Shown: positions 51,456-62,241, counted from the first letter of the stretch. The stretch is 64,000 bases of DNA from an uncultured delta proteobacterium (GCA_963817385.1 CAWFOM010000008.1:160001-224000), one strand, 5' to 3'. Made by a program: numbers and translations. The notes: generated from the letters alone by a model not told the origin.

Positions 51456-53046
51456 CGAGAAACTCCGCGGCCCGGATACCGTCGAGGGCGGAGCTGATGA
51501 TTCCCCCCGCGTAACCGGCCCCTTCGCCGCAGGGAAAGAGACCCGCCGCGGTAACACTCTGACCGTTGTCAGCCCGGATGATCCGGACCGGGGAAGAGGT
51601 CCTCGTCTCCACGCCGATGAGCGTCGCCTCCCCGGTGATAAACCCCGGCATCTTCCGTTCGAACTCGCCAAAACCCCGTTTCAGGGCCGCGACGACAAAC
51701 GGGGGAAGGACGTCCCGCATCTCCGCTTCCCGGACACCCGGGAGATAGCTGCACCGCGCAATGGATGAACGCTGCCTGCCCGCCATAAATGCGGTCAACT
51801 GCTGAACCGGGGCGCAGTAGTTTCCGCCTCCGGCCAGGAAGGCCTGTTCCTCCCAACGCCTGCGAAACACGAGCCCCGCCAGAGGACCGTCGCCCTCCAG
51901 GTCATCGACGCGTACGTTGACGACTACGGCGCTGTTGGCATAGGGGCTATCCCGTTGATAACGGCTCATCCCGTTGGTAATCACCCCTCCCTTCTGTGCG
52001 CTGCACCCGATCACCTGCCCGCCGGGACACATGCAAAAGGAATAGACGAAACGGTTCATCTCCCCGATTTTGGCGGTGAGGAGATAATCCGCCGGGGGGA
52101 GGCCGGGAGAACCGGACCATTTTCCATACTGGATCCGGTTGATGACCTCCTGCGGATGTTCGACGCGGAGCCCTACGGCAAAGGGCTTCGCCGCCATGGC
52201 AACCCCCCGCTCCTCCAGTTTCCGGTAGGTGTCGTCGGCGGTCTGACCGATAGCCAGGAGGAGATGATCCGTCCGGATCTCTTCTGAAGAATTGACAACC
52301 AACCCCGCAAGCCTCCCCCGGCGGATGATGAAATCGGTCACCTGCGCCCCGAAACGGACCTCGCATCCCATATCGATGAGCCGGTGACGGAGATTCACCA
52401 CGACCGACCGCAGACAGTCCGTCCCGATGTGGGGCCGGGCATCAACCAGGATGTCTGCTGGCGCCCCCATATCCGCCAGGATCCGCTTGATCCAGGTAGT
52501 GTACGGGTTTTTGACCCTGCTGGTCAGTTTTCCGTCGGAAAAGGTTCCCGCCCCTCCCTCCCCGAAGTGGACGTGGCTTTCCGGATTCAGTATCCCTTCT
52601 TCCCAGAACAAACGAACATCGGCGATCCTCTCCGGAACGGCCTTGCCCCGCTCGAGGAGGAGGACGGGCACTCCCTTCATGGCAAGAGTCAGCGCGGCAA
52701 AAAGCCCCGCCGGTCCGGAGCCTACGACGACCGGTCTTTGCTCCGGCGGGGTGATGAATCTATCGGAAGGCGTATCCCGCGTCTCGTTTGTGAGCGACGG
52801 TTCTTCCGTCACGGTGACACCCGCTGCAATCTTCCCCACCGAAAATGGGAGGCCGTCCGGCAGCCTGACGCTCACCAGATAGACGAAGCGAGGCGGGCGG
52901 GCGCGTCGTGCGTCGATGGATCTCCGGATCACTCGGAGGTCGGTAACCGCCTCTCCCGGAACACCGAGGAGTAATGCGACCCGCAAGTTCATGAACTCCT
53001 CCCCTTCGCCGATGGAGAGCGACAGACCGTTGATCTTCAAAACCAT
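51439..53046 (-). CDS. Uncharacterised FAD-dependent oxidoreductase
   Basis: GSGPAG, GEGGAGTFSDGKL, FCMCPGG, GEGAGYAGGI. Confidence 0.9.
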   Translation of the reverse strand: MVLKINGLSLSIGEGEEFMNLRVALLLGVPGEAVTDLRVIRRSIDARRARPPRFVYLVSVRLPDGLPFSVGKIAAGVTVTEEPSLTNETRDTPSDRFITPPEQRPVVVGSGPAGLFAALTLAMKGVPVLLLERGKAVPERIADVRLFWEEGILNPESHVHFGEGGAGTFSDGKLTSRVKNPYTTWIKRILADMGAPADILVDARPHIGTDCLRSVVVNLRHRLIDMGCEVRFGAQVTDFIIRRGRLAGLVVNSSEEIRTDHLLLAIGQTADDTYRKLEERGVAMAAKPFAVGLRVEHPQEVINRIQYGKWSGSPGLPPADYLLTAKIGEMNRFVYSFCMCPGGQVIGCSAQKGGVITNGMSRYQRDSPYANSAVVVNVRVDDLEGDGPLAGLVFRRRWEEQAFLAGGGNYCAPVQQLTAFMAGRQRSSIARCSYLPGVREAEMRDVLPPFVVAALKRGFGEFERKMPGFITGEATLIGVETRTSSPVRIIRADNGQSVTAAGLFPCGEGAGYAGGIISSALDGIRAAEFLVSSLG

Positions 53047-53148
53047 TTCAATTCCCCCATTGAAATAATCCAACCGTTGTTATAAACATCTGTCTAAATG
53101 CGGAAAACGCGGACGGCGCACAGCGCCTCCCGCTCGAAAAGGAACTCT

Positions 53149-53652
53149 ATGCCCTGGTATGCCGTCCATACGCGAAGCCGTCACGAAGACCGGGTCCATC
53201 TCGGTCTCATGCAGAAGGCCTTTCACGCCTTTCTCCCCAAGATGGAGGTCTGGAGCCAGCGGAAAGACCGGAGGAAGAAAATCCTGATCCCCATGTTTCC
53301 CGGCTATCTCTTTGTCGAACTCTCCTCTCTGCGCAATGAAACCAGAGTGGATGTTCTCAAAACCTTCGGCGTCGTTCGGATTCTGGGGAAACCCAGGGGC
53401 GCGGAACCTCTCCCGATCCCCGATGAAAAGATCGATGCCATCCAGCGGATCGTCCAGTCGAAGGTTGAGGTACAGCAGTTCCAGTATCCGAAGGTCGGCG
53501 AACCGGCCCGGATCATCGACGGTCCTTTCAAGGGCGTTGAAGGTCTCGTCATCAGGACGGACTACGAAAAAGAACTCTTCGTGATCGCAATCGAACTTCT
53601 CCAACGCTCCGTCGCGATCAAATTGGAAGGCTTTCAGATCGCCAGGCTCTGA
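53149..53652 (+). CDS. NusG paralogue, UpxY/RfaH-like antiterminator
   Basis: WYAVHTRSRHE, PMFPGYLFV (NGN), KOW IIDGPFKGVEG. Confidence 0.88.
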   Translation: MPWYAVHTRSRHEDRVHLGLMQKAFHAFLPKMEVWSQRKDRRKKILIPMFPGYLFVELSSLRNETRVDVLKTFGVVRILGKPRGAEPLPIPDEKIDAIQRIVQSKVEVQQFQYPKVGEPARIIDGPFKGVEGLVIRTDYEKELFVIAIELLQRSVAIKLEGFQIARL

Positions 53653-53837
53653 TCTTCGCCGCTCTTCCCCCCGCGGCCACCGGCCCTTCGCAGAACGCCT
53701 CCGCTTACGCCTCTGACGGAGGAAGAAATCTCTGAGAGAATCACTACGCTATCCTGCACGATCCGGCAAAATATTTCATCCCTTTTTTCATATTTCATCT
53801 TGACTTTCTAACAGATATGCGCAAGAAAGCCCCTTGA

Positions 53838-53960
53838 CAGGCTGTTGAAAAACGCTCATCTGCTGCGTTGCGCTGCAAGCCTCATTGCTCAACGTATTTC
53901 CATATACGCTTCGCTCTTCGGTTTTTGCGCGCCTTGCATTAACCGTTTTTAAACAGCCTG
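53838..53960. mobile_element. MITE-like element, 123 bp
   Basis: Terminal inverted repeats CAGGCTGTTGAAAA / TTTTAAACAGCCTG (13/14 match), no ORF. Confidence 0.7.
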
Positions 53961-54023
53961 CAAGTTGGGTATTTTTCGACACCCTCTCAGACCGGGGAGT
54001 AACAATGTGAGGAGAAACCGCAT

Positions 54024-54236
54024 TTGAAGGGACATATCATCATCGACAAGGAACTGTGCAAGGAATGCCATCTGTGCATCCAGGCATGCAAAAAAGGTCT
54101 GATCGCCCCCTCCCAGGAGTACAATTCCCGGGGATACCGTCCGGTATGCTTCAAGGATGAGGAGGGGGAGTGCACGGGATGCACGCTGTGTGCGATCGGC
54201 TGTCCGGATATCGCGATCGAGGTTTACCGTGAATAA
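54024..54236 (+). CDS. 2x[4Fe-4S] ferredoxin, delta subunit of 2-oxoacid:ferredoxin oxidoreductase
   Basis: [11 protein letters not shown] and [15 protein letters not shown] start after gaggag. Confidence 0.92.
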   Translation: MKGHIIIDKELCKECHLCIQACKKGLIAPSQEYNSRGYRPVCFKDEEGECTGCTLCAIGCPDIAIEVYRE

Positions 54237-55307
54237 AGTGCTGATGCAGGGAAACAGGGTCATCGGAGAGGCCGCCATCCGGGCGGGTTGCCGCTTTTAT
54301 GCCGGCTATCCCATCACCCCGCAGAACGAAATCCCGGAATACATGGCGGACCGTTTGCGACAGGTGGAGGGCGGAGTCTTCATCCAGTCGGAGAGCGAGA
54401 TCGCGGCCATCCACATGGTGATCGGGGCAAGCGCCGCCGGCGCCCGTTCCATGACCTCATCGTCGAGCCCGGGGATCTCCCTCAAGCAGGAGGGGATCTC
54501 CTCCCTGGCGGCCTGCCAGCTTCCCGCCGTCATCGTCAACATGATGCGGGGGGGACCAGGACTGGGAAACATCTCCCCGGCCCAGGGGGACTACTTTCAG
54601 GCCACGCGGGGAGGCGGCCACGGGGACTACCGGGTCATCGTCCTCGGTCCGGCCACGGCACAGGAACTGGCGGACCTGACCATGGACGCCTTTGATCTCG
54701 CCGACCAGTACCGGACACCGGTCATGATCCTGGCCGACGGCATGATGGGCCAGATGATGGAGCCGGTGATCTTCAAGGAGCCCAAGCCGAGGAGCTATCC
54801 GGAATGCTACGTCATGAAAGGCGCCGTCTACGGGGAAGAGCAAGATCATCCGGGGGCTGATCCTCGATCCCCTGGAGATGGAGGAGCACAACTGGACGCT
54901 GGAGCGGAAATACCAGGTGATCGCCCAGCGGGAAACCCGTCATGAGCTTTACCAGGCGGATGACGCGGAGATTGATCCTCGTCGCCTACGGAACGGGCGC
55001 CCGGATCGCCAAAGGCGCCATCAAGCGGCTGCGCGAGGCGGGCATCAAGGCCGGCCTTTTCCGACCGATCACTCTCTGGCCCTTCCCGACGAATGAACTC
55101 CGCGATCTGGCAAAGAAGATAGAAAATTATCTCGTCTTCGAGTTGAGCACCGGTCAGATGCTGGAGGATGTGAGGCTGGCCCTCCAGGGGTATGCCCGGA
55201 TCGGCTTCCACGGCCGTCCCGGCGGGGTGGTTCCGACCCCCGTAGAGCTTGCCAACGTCATCATGCGTCAATATGACCGGAAGCAGGGGATTATCGAAAA
55301 CAATTAA
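54229..55307 (+). CDS. vorB: 2-oxoacid:ferredoxin oxidoreductase alpha subunit (VorB-like); frameshifts near 54835 and 54972
   Basis: [36 protein letters not shown]-terminus [19 protein letters not shown] in shifted frame. Confidence 0.88.
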
Positions 55308-55367
55308 TCGGCCGCCCGCAGGCCGTCGCCGGCGAACGGCAGGGACAAGGGTGATAAGGACAGTGCA

Positions 55368-56150
55368 ATGAAGAAGGTTTTTGGCAGACCCGAAAGCATG
55401 AAGAACACCATCTTTCACTACTGTGCGGGATGCGGTCACAGCATCGCCCATCGGCTGATCGCCGAGGTGATCGATGAGATGGATATCCGGGGAATCACGA
55501 TCGGCGTCCCGCCGGCGGGATGCGCCGTGCTGGCCTACAACTATTTCGATGTCGACATGATCGAAGCGCAGCACGGCCGGGGACCGGCCACGGCCACCGG
55601 GATCAAGCGGGTCCTCCCGGACCGCGTCGTCTTTTCCTACCAGGGGGACGGCGACCTCGCCGCCATCGGCATCGCGGAGAGTTTCCACGCCGCCAACCGG
55701 GGGGAAAACATCACCGTCATCTTCATCAACAACGCCGTTTACGGCATGACCGGCGGACAGATGGCCCCGACCTCCATGCTGGGTCAGAAGACCACGACCT
55801 CGCCGGAGGGGCGGGAATCGCTCCTGGACGGCCATCCGATCCGGATCTCCGAGGTCTTTTCCCTGCTTCCGGGAACGGCCTACATCGAACGCTGCACGGT
55901 CAACTCCCCGGCCAGCATCCTGAAGACGAAGAAATCGATCCGCAAGGCCTTCCAGTACCAGATCGACGGCCTCGGCTTTTCGCTGGTCGAGATCCTCTCC
56001 CCCTGTCCGACGAACTGGAAGATGACGCCGATCGAGTCCTGCCGGTGGATCGACGAGGTGATGAGCAAGGTATTCCCCCTTGGCGTCCTGAAGGACGTCC
56101 CGGCGGCTTCAACGGAAGAGAAGAAAGGGGGGGAACGCCATGATGGTTAA
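55368..56150 (+). CDS. 2-oxoacid:ferredoxin oxidoreductase beta subunit (TPP-binding)
   Basis: YCAGCGH, YQGDGD, NNAVYGMTGGQ, LSPCP. Confidence 0.93.
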   Translation: MKKVFGRPESMKNTIFHYCAGCGHSIAHRLIAEVIDEMDIRGITIGVPPAGCAVLAYNYFDVDMIEAQHGRGPATATGIKRVLPDRVVFSYQGDGDLAAIGIAESFHAANRGENITVIFINNAVYGMTGGQMAPTSMLGQKTTTSPEGRESLLDGHPIRISEVFSLLPGTAYIERCTVNSPASILKTKKSIRKAFQYQIDGLGFSLVEILSPCPTNWKMTPIESCRWIDEVMSKVFPLGVLKDVPAASTEEKKGGERHDG

Positions 56151-56686
56151 AACCATATTCTCCGGTTTCGGCGGCCAGGGGGTGCTCATGATGGGCTACA
56201 CGCTGGCCCACGGCGCGATGAGCGCCGGGTATCACGTGACCTTTCTGCCGGCCTACGGGGCGGAGGTCCGGGGCGGAACGGCCAACTGCACCGTCGCCGT
56301 CTCGGACGACGAGATCGCCTCGCCCATCGCCTCGAAACCGGACTATCTCGTCGTCCTGAACACCCCCTCGCTCTACACGTTTCAGAACCGCGTGGCGCCC
56401 GGGCGGTTCCCTTTTTCTGAATTCCTCCATCATCGCCGTCGACCCCTCCCGCCACGACGTCCAGATCTTCAAGATCCCCTCCTCGGAGATGGCCGAAAAA
56501 CTGGGGAATCCGCGAACGGCCAATACCGTCATGATGGGGGCGTTCCTGAAGAAGACCGGTCTGGTGCCGCCCGACATCTTCCTGAGCAGCATGGAAGAGG
56601 TCATGGGAAGCAAGAAGAAATCGATCATCGAGATCAACCGCAAGGCCTTTTCGGCCGGCTTTCATTTCTTTGAGGAGTCGATCTGA
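56140..56686 (+). CDS. 2-oxoacid:ferredoxin oxidoreductase gamma subunit; frameshift near 56403
   Basis: SGFGGQG, YGAEVRGG; C-terminus ANTVMMGA..INRKAF in ORF 56489..56686. Confidence 0.9.
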
Positions 56687-56687
56687 C

Positions 56688-57116
56688 ATGGCAGTCAAGC
56701 AAATCTCCGTCCTCCTGGGCAATGTACCGGGCACCCTCTCCCGGCTGACGAATATCCTCGACAAGGAAGACATCACGGCAAAGGCCCTGCTCGCCGCCAG
56801 CGCCGCGGAAAGCAGCACCGTGCGGATGGTCGTCAACGACCCGGAACGGGCGGCGGCGATCCTGGAGAGTTTCCGTTTCAATTACGAGATAACCCCGGTC
56901 CTCGCCGCCGAGGTGCCGCTTCATCCCGGCGGGATGAATGCCATCCTCAACCCCCTGTCGAAGGCGGAGATCAATATCCACTATCTCTATACGACGATCA
57001 ACCGGATCGGCAAGGAGACGATCGTCATCCTCGGGGTGGACAAGATCGACGAAGCGCGGGAGGTTCTCCTGCGGAACTGGATACACCTGATCGAGGATGA
57101 GATCTATTCCCTCTGA
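56688..57116 (+). CDS. Tandem ACT-domain protein
   Basis: KQISVLLGNVPGTL, PGGMNAIL..INIHYLY. Confidence 0.85.
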   Translation: MAVKQISVLLGNVPGTLSRLTNILDKEDITAKALLAASAAESSTVRMVVNDPERAAAILESFRFNYEITPVLAAEVPLHPGGMNAILNPLSKAEINIHYLYTTINRIGKETIVILGVDKIDEAREVLLRNWIHLIEDEIYSL

Positions 57117-57522
57117 TGATCATTTCTCAGGAAAAAGAAACTGCGCTCCGCGAGCGGATGGAACGCCTCGGCGTCCGGGAGGAGGAATTCCGCGAAACCT
57201 TCATCCGCTCTTCCGGCCCCGGCGGCCAGAAGGTCAACAAGACCTCGTCCTGCGTCTACCTCGTCCATCTGCCGACCGGCCTTTCCGTAAAATGCCAGCA
57301 GGAGAGATCGCAGACGCTGAACCGATTTCTCGCCCGGCGTCTGCTCCTCGACCGGATCGAGCGGCTCCGGACGGGGCTCATCGCGCGGAGAAGACGCGGG
57401 TCGAAAAGATCCGGCGGCAGAAAAGGCGCCGTTCCCGGCGGGCAAAGGAGAAGACCCTGGAGGCGAAGCACCTCCAGTCCGAAAAGAAGGCCCTCCGCAC
57501 CCGTATCGGCCCGGACGAGTAA
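57116..57522 (+). CDS. Peptide chain release factor-like peptidyl-tRNA hydrolase (ArfB/C12orf65-like); frameshift near 57385
   Basis: RSSGPGGQKVNKTSS, CQQERSQTLNR; basic tail KIRRQKRRRSRRAKEK in shifted frame. Confidence 0.85.
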
Positions 57523-57528
57523 CAAGAC

Positions 57529-57579
57529 AAAAAAAGGGAGGGAAAGTCGTGGTGTTCGCTTTCCTCTCCCTGATTTTTT
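57529..57579. terminator. Bidirectional terminator
   Basis: A-tract GGGAGGGAAAG...CTTTCCTCTCCC T-tract between convergent genes. Confidence 0.65.
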
Positions 57580-57598
57580 ATAATACCGGGATTAACCG

Positions 57599-57973
57599 TT
57601 ACGAAAGGCCAATCACCTTGAGGAGCGGATTGGCGTAAAGGACGACCAGCGCGATGACCAGCGCGTAGATCGCCAGAGACTCGATCATGGCGAGACCCAC
57701 CATCATGGTGATCAGGATCTTTCCCTGCGCCTCGGGATTCCGGCCGACGGCGTTGGCGGCGCTGCTCAACCCGTTGCCCATGCCCAACCCGGTCCCGATC
57801 GTCCCCAGGGCCATGACCAGTGCCGCAGCCAGGATGCTGCAGGCGACGACGATGGCCTTCGTATAATCGACCGGGACGCCGGGAGCTGCCGCCTCGGCGG
57901 CCGCCGCCGCGACCGAGGCCGCCGACAGAACCGCAAAGACCGTAAGAACACCCACACTAAAAGACCGTTTCAT
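57599..57973 (-). CDS. atpE: F0 ATP synthase subunit c with N-terminal extension
   Basis: GTIGTGLGMG, RNPEA loop, IESLAIY; aaggaggt RBS. Confidence 0.95.
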   Translation of the reverse strand: MKRSFSVGVLTVFAVLSAASVAAAAAEAAAPGVPVDYTKAIVVACSILAAALVMALGTIGTGLGMGNGLSSAANAVGRNPEAQGKILITMMVGLAMIESLAIYALVIALVVLYANPLLKVIGLS

Positions 57974-58281
57974 ACTGTACCTCCTTCGATTGATGTGATT
58001 GATCAACGACCGGAAAGAATTCACCTACTTTCCCGGGATGCTTCGCCTCTTGTCGAAAAGGGTGTTCCTCCGGCCGTTCCATAGTGATTACGGGCAGAAA
58101 ACCCTCCTGTTTTCACAAGATGCACTTTTAGCGGCCAGGGAAACGCTTGTCAAGAAATATTTGGTATCGCCCCGATGGTTTGTGGTATAGGAGACCTCGT
58201 CAAATACGCGATGAGGTCACCTGCTTCAAAGCACTCAGAAGCGTCGAGAGATTCAAAAAAGCAGCAGGGAGTATTTTTACC

Positions 58282-59554
58282 ATGGAGATGAAGAATCTGT
58301 TTGCGGAGGCGCAGAAGATCATCCCGGGAGGGGTCAACAGCCCCGTCCGGGCCTTTCGGTCCGTCGGCGGAACGCCCCGGTTCATCCGGGAAGCCGCCGG
58401 GGCAAGGGTGATCGATGCGGAGGGGAGAGAGTATATCGACTATGTCGCCTCCTGGGGCCCCATGATCCTCGGCCACAGCCACCCGGAGGTCGTCGCGGCG
58501 ATCCGGGAAGCGGCCGGCCGGGGGACCAGTTACGGGGCGCCGACCGAGAGCGAGATCGGCATGGCCCAGCGGATCGTGGCCGCCTTTCCCGCCATCGAGA
58601 TGGTCCGGATGGTGAGCTCCGGAACCGAGGCGACCATGACCGCCATCCGCCTCGCCCGCGGTTATACGGGACGGGAGAAGATCATCAAATTCACGGGCTG
58701 CTACCACGGCCATGCCGATTCGCTCCTCGTGAAAGCGGGCTCGGGGGTGGCCACGCTCGGGATACCCGGAAGCCCCGGCGTTCCCCGGGGGCTGGCCGAA
58801 CTGACGATCTCCCTGCCGTACAACGACACCGCTGCGGTCCGCGATGCTGTTCACCGCTACGGCGAGGATCTGGCCTGCATCATCGTCGAGCCGGTGGCCG
58901 GCAACATGGGGGTGGTTCTCCCCCAACCGGGATTCCTCGAAACGCTGCGGGAGGTTGCCGGCGATCACGGCATCGTCCTGATCTTCGACGAGGTGATCAC
59001 GGGATTCCGCGTTGCGTACGGCGGTTGGCAGAACCTGGCCGGCATCACCCCCGATCTTACCTGTCTCGGCAAGATCATCGGGGGAGGTCTCCCCGTCGGC
59101 GCCGTCGGCGGCCGCCGGGAGATCATGGAACATCTTGCCCCCCTGGGACCCGTTTACCAGGCGGGAACCCTCTCGGGGAACCCCCTCGCCATGGCCGCCG
59201 GGATCGCCACACTCGACATCCTCCGGCAGAAATCCTATGCGGATCTCGAAAAAATGACCGTGGAGCTCTGCAGCGGATACCAGGCGCTCTTCTCCGGAAA
59301 AGGGACTCCCTGTCCGGATCAACCGCGTCGGCTCGATGTTCACCCTGTTTTTTACCGCGGATGAGGTGACGGACTTCGCGTCGGCTTCCCGGAGCGATAC
59401 GGAACGCTTTGCCCGTTTCTTCCAGGGGATGCTCGACGCGGGGATCTATCTCGCCCCCGCCCAGTTCGAGGCCGGCTTCGTCTCCTTCGCCCATACGGTC
59501 GATGACATCGATCGGACGCTCGATGCCTGCGGGAAGGTCCTCGAAGCGCTGTAG
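58282..59554 (+). CDS. hemL: Glutamate-1-semialdehyde 2,1-aminomutase; frameshift near 59305
   Basis: [38 protein letters not shown]-terminus in ORF 59336..59554. Confidence 0.96.
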
Positions 59555-59571
59555 AACACGAAGGAGATTTC

Positions 59572-60582
59572 ATGCGGAAGATCCTCGTAACGGGTGCAGC
59601 CGGTTTCATCGGCTTCCATCTCTCCCAGCGGCTTCTCGGCGGGGGAGACGCCGTGGTCGGTCTCGATAACCTGAACCCCTACTACGACGTCACCCTGAAG
59701 GAGGCGCGCCTCGCCCTTCTGGAGAAGCACGGTAACTTCCGCTTCGTCCGGGCCGACCTTGCCGACCGGCGGGCTATGGAAGCGGTTTTTGAAGAGGAAC
59801 GGCCCGAGATCGTCGTCAATCTCGCCGCCCAGGCGGGCGTCCGCTACTCGCTCGAAAACCCCCACGCCTACGTGGAGAGCAACCTCGTCGGCTTCCTGAA
59901 CGTCCTTGAGGGATGCCGCCATCAGGGGGTGAAGCACTGCGTCTTTGCCTCCTCCAGTTCGGTATACGGGGCCAACACCCGGATGCCCTTTTCCGTCCAC
60001 GACAACGTGGACCATCCGCTCAGCCTCTATGCGGCGACGAAAAAGGCCAACGAACTGATGGCCCACACCTATGCCGCCCTCTACCGTCTCCCCTGCACGG
60101 GGCTCCGCTTCTTCACCGTCTACGGCCCCTGGGGGAGGCCGGACATGGCGCTGTTCCTCTTCACCCGGGCGATCCTGGAAGACCGGCCGATCGACGTCTT
60201 CAACGAAGGGCGGATGAAGCGGGACTTTACCTATATCGACGACATCGTGGAGGGGCTCGTCCGCGTCATGGGGCGGCCCCCGGCGCCCGACCCCGCCTGG
60301 AGCGGCGATCATCCCGATCCCTCCTCCAGCTTTGCGCCCTACCGTATCTACAATATCGGGAACAACCAGCCCGTCGCCCTGATGGATTTCATCACGACCC
60401 TGGAGGGCCATCTCGGTCGAACGGCGAAGAAGAACTTCCTCCCTCTGCAGGCGGGGGATGTACCGGCCACCTTTGCCGACGTGGACGACCTCATGGCCGA
60501 CGTGGGTTTCAAACCCGCGACGTCCATCGCCGAAGGGATCGGACGGTTCGTGGCCTGGTACCGGAACTATTACGGCCGGTGA
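59572..60582 (+). CDS. NAD-dependent epimerase (UDP-glucuronate 4-epimerase-like)
   Basis: [32 protein letters not shown]. Confidence 0.92.
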   Translation: MRKILVTGAAGFIGFHLSQRLLGGGDAVVGLDNLNPYYDVTLKEARLALLEKHGNFRFVRADLADRRAMEAVFEEERPEIVVNLAAQAGVRYSLENPHAYVESNLVGFLNVLEGCRHQGVKHCVFASSSSVYGANTRMPFSVHDNVDHPLSLYAATKKANELMAHTYAALYRLPCTGLRFFTVYGPWGRPDMALFLFTRAILEDRPIDVFNEGRMKRDFTYIDDIVEGLVRVMGRPPAPDPAWSGDHPDPSSSFAPYRIYNIGNNQPVALMDFITTLEGHLGRTAKKNFLPLQAGDVPATFADVDDLMADVGFKPATSIAEGIGRFVAWYRNYYGR

Positions 60583-60720
60583 GAGGCCTGATCCGTTTCA
60601 AGGCGGATCAGGATATCCAACGGAAAGACGAGGCATGTCGCCTAAAAGACGCGACAACCCATTGAAGACCATTCTCTTTTTCAGTTGACTTCAGAACCCG
60701 CTTGTGTTAAAAGGCGCGCG

Positions 60721-61005
60721 GTGGACAAGGAGACGAAGCAAACCGTAATCCAGATGGCGTCCGTGAGCAGCATCGGCATCGCCATGGTCCTCGCCATATT
60801 CGGCTGCTTCTTCCTCGGGAGATGGCTGGACCGGCAACTGGGAACGGAACCCTATTTGACGCTCCTTTTTCTGCTGATAGGGATTGCCGCCGGTTTCAGG
60901 AATATGTATGTCCTGATCAAGAGGTACCTCAAGGACGATAAACCGATCATCACGCAGGGTAAAAGTGAACCTCAGAGAAAAAGACCCCCTCCAAAAAAGA
61001 CTTGA
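60721..61005 (+). CDS. AtpZ/AtpI-family (ATPase gene 1) protein
   Basis: FFLGRWLDRQLGTEP..LIGIAAGF. Confidence 0.85.
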   Translation: MDKETKQTVIQMASVSSIGIAMVLAIFGCFFLGRWLDRQLGTEPYLTLLFLLIGIAAGFRNMYVLIKRYLKDDKPIITQGKSEPQRKRPPPKKT

Positions 61006-61360
61006 GATCACGAATTGGATCATCCTGACGGCACTGGTTGCCGGGAGTCTTCTCCTCGGATCCGCCCGTTTCAGCCTCGGCGTCCTCTGCGGGGGGCTCA
61101 TCAGCGTCGTCAATTTTCACTGGCTTTACCGCAACCTCCTGAGCGTCTTTACGAACGACTTCACCAGGGCGAAAAGCGCACTCATGATCCGCTATTATAT
61201 CCGCCTGGCCCTAACCGCATTCGTCCTGTACTGGGTCATCTCCGGCAGGCACGTCGACGTGATCGGTCTCGTCATCGGCCTTTCTATCGTCTTTATGAAC
61301 ATCGTCCTTACGACCATCCTGGTCCTGTCTAAAAAAAAATGCATTGAGGAGGTCCGATAG
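60965..61360 (+). CDS. atpI: ATP synthase protein I
   Basis: Four TM helices, GGLISVVNF, position before atpB. Confidence 0.8.
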   Translation: MNLREKDPLQKRLEITNWIILTALVAGSLLLGSARFSLGVLCGGLISVVNFHWLYRNLLSVFTNDFTRAKSALMIRYYIRLALTAFVLYWVISGRHVDVIGLVIGLSIVFMNIVLTTILVLSKKKCIEEVR

Positions 61361-61363
61361 AAG

Positions 61364-62029
61364 GTGGAACCGTTACTATTCTTTGAAACCCACTGGCTGC
61401 ACGAACATCATCTCGTCGTCGTAACCTACACGTGGTTCGTCATGGCGATGCTCGCCCTCTTCTCCTTCCTGGCCACCCGTCGGCTGAACATCCTTCCGGG
61501 CGGTTTTCAGAACGTCATGGAGGTGATCATCGAGGGGTTCGACAATCTGCTCGTCGAAACGATGGGGCCGGAGGGGCGGAAGTTCTTCCCCCTGATCGCG
61601 ACACTGGGGCTTTACATCCTCACCTCGAACCTCCTCGGGCTCATCCCGGGATTCGAATCCCCAACGTCGAACCTCAATACGACAGGTTCTATGGCCGTCG
61701 TGGTCTTCGTCATGACCCACGTGGTCGGGATCAGGATCCACGGCATCAAGTACGTCAAACATTTCCTCGGACCGATCTGGTGGCTTGCGCCGCTCATGCT
61801 TGTGCTGGAGATCGTCAGCCACCTCGCCCGTCTCATTTCCCTCTCTGTTCGGTTGTTCGGGAATATCATGGGGGAGGACAAAGTCCTGGCGGTCGTCGTT
61901 CTGCTGGTCCCTTTTCTGGTCCCCTTGCCGGTCTTCGTCCTGATGATCTTTACTTCCTTCATCCAGACCATCGTCTTCATGCTCCTCGCGATGATGTACA
62001 TCGCCGGGGCGATGCAAGAGGCCCACTGA
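61364..62029 (+). CDS. atpB: F0 ATP synthase subunit a
   Basis: [23 protein letters not shown]. Confidence 0.97.
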   Translation: MEPLLFFETHWLHEHHLVVVTYTWFVMAMLALFSFLATRRLNILPGGFQNVMEVIIEGFDNLLVETMGPEGRKFFPLIATLGLYILTSNLLGLIPGFESPTSNLNTTGSMAVVVFVMTHVVGIRIHGIKYVKHFLGPIWWLAPLMLVLEIVSHLARLISLSVRLFGNIMGEDKVLAVVVLLVPFLVPLPVFVLMIFTSFIQTIVFMLLAMMYIAGAMQEAH

Positions 62030-62033
62030 ACCC

Positions 62034-62063
62034 AAAACGGGAGGCGCCTCAAGCCTCCCGTTT
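62034..62063 (+). terminator. Intrinsic terminator after atpB
   Basis: AAACGGGAGGC-loop-GCCTCCCGTTT. Confidence 0.75.
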
Positions 62064-62106
62064 ATCTCGGTTCTTCGACCTTCAAATCGATCTTCATCAG
62101 TTAACG

Positions 62107-62152
62107 TCTTTAAATCCGTTAGTCACGGGTCCGATTCCCGTACGACCCACTA
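62107..62152 (+). pseudogene. Decayed tRNA 3' half (tRNA-Lys-like), possible att remnant
   Basis: tctttaaatccgttagtcacgggtccgattcccgtacgacccacta resembles CTCTTAATCCGTTGGTC..GGTTCGAATCC..ACGACCCACCA; T stem ACGGG/CCCGT intact; no 5' half. Confidence 0.65.
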
Positions 62153-62241
62153 ATGAAATAAAGAGGTTACAGCTTTCAGACTGTAACCCTTTTTCCTTTA
62201 CTGGTCTCTTTGTACCGATTTAGGGGCTGGTATTGGTTTAT

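Noticed and set aside
57116..57583. Programmed frameshift in the release-factor-like gene, as in prfB
   Set aside because: No CTT-TGA site or internal SD; the break is near the 3' end and similar indels are widespread.
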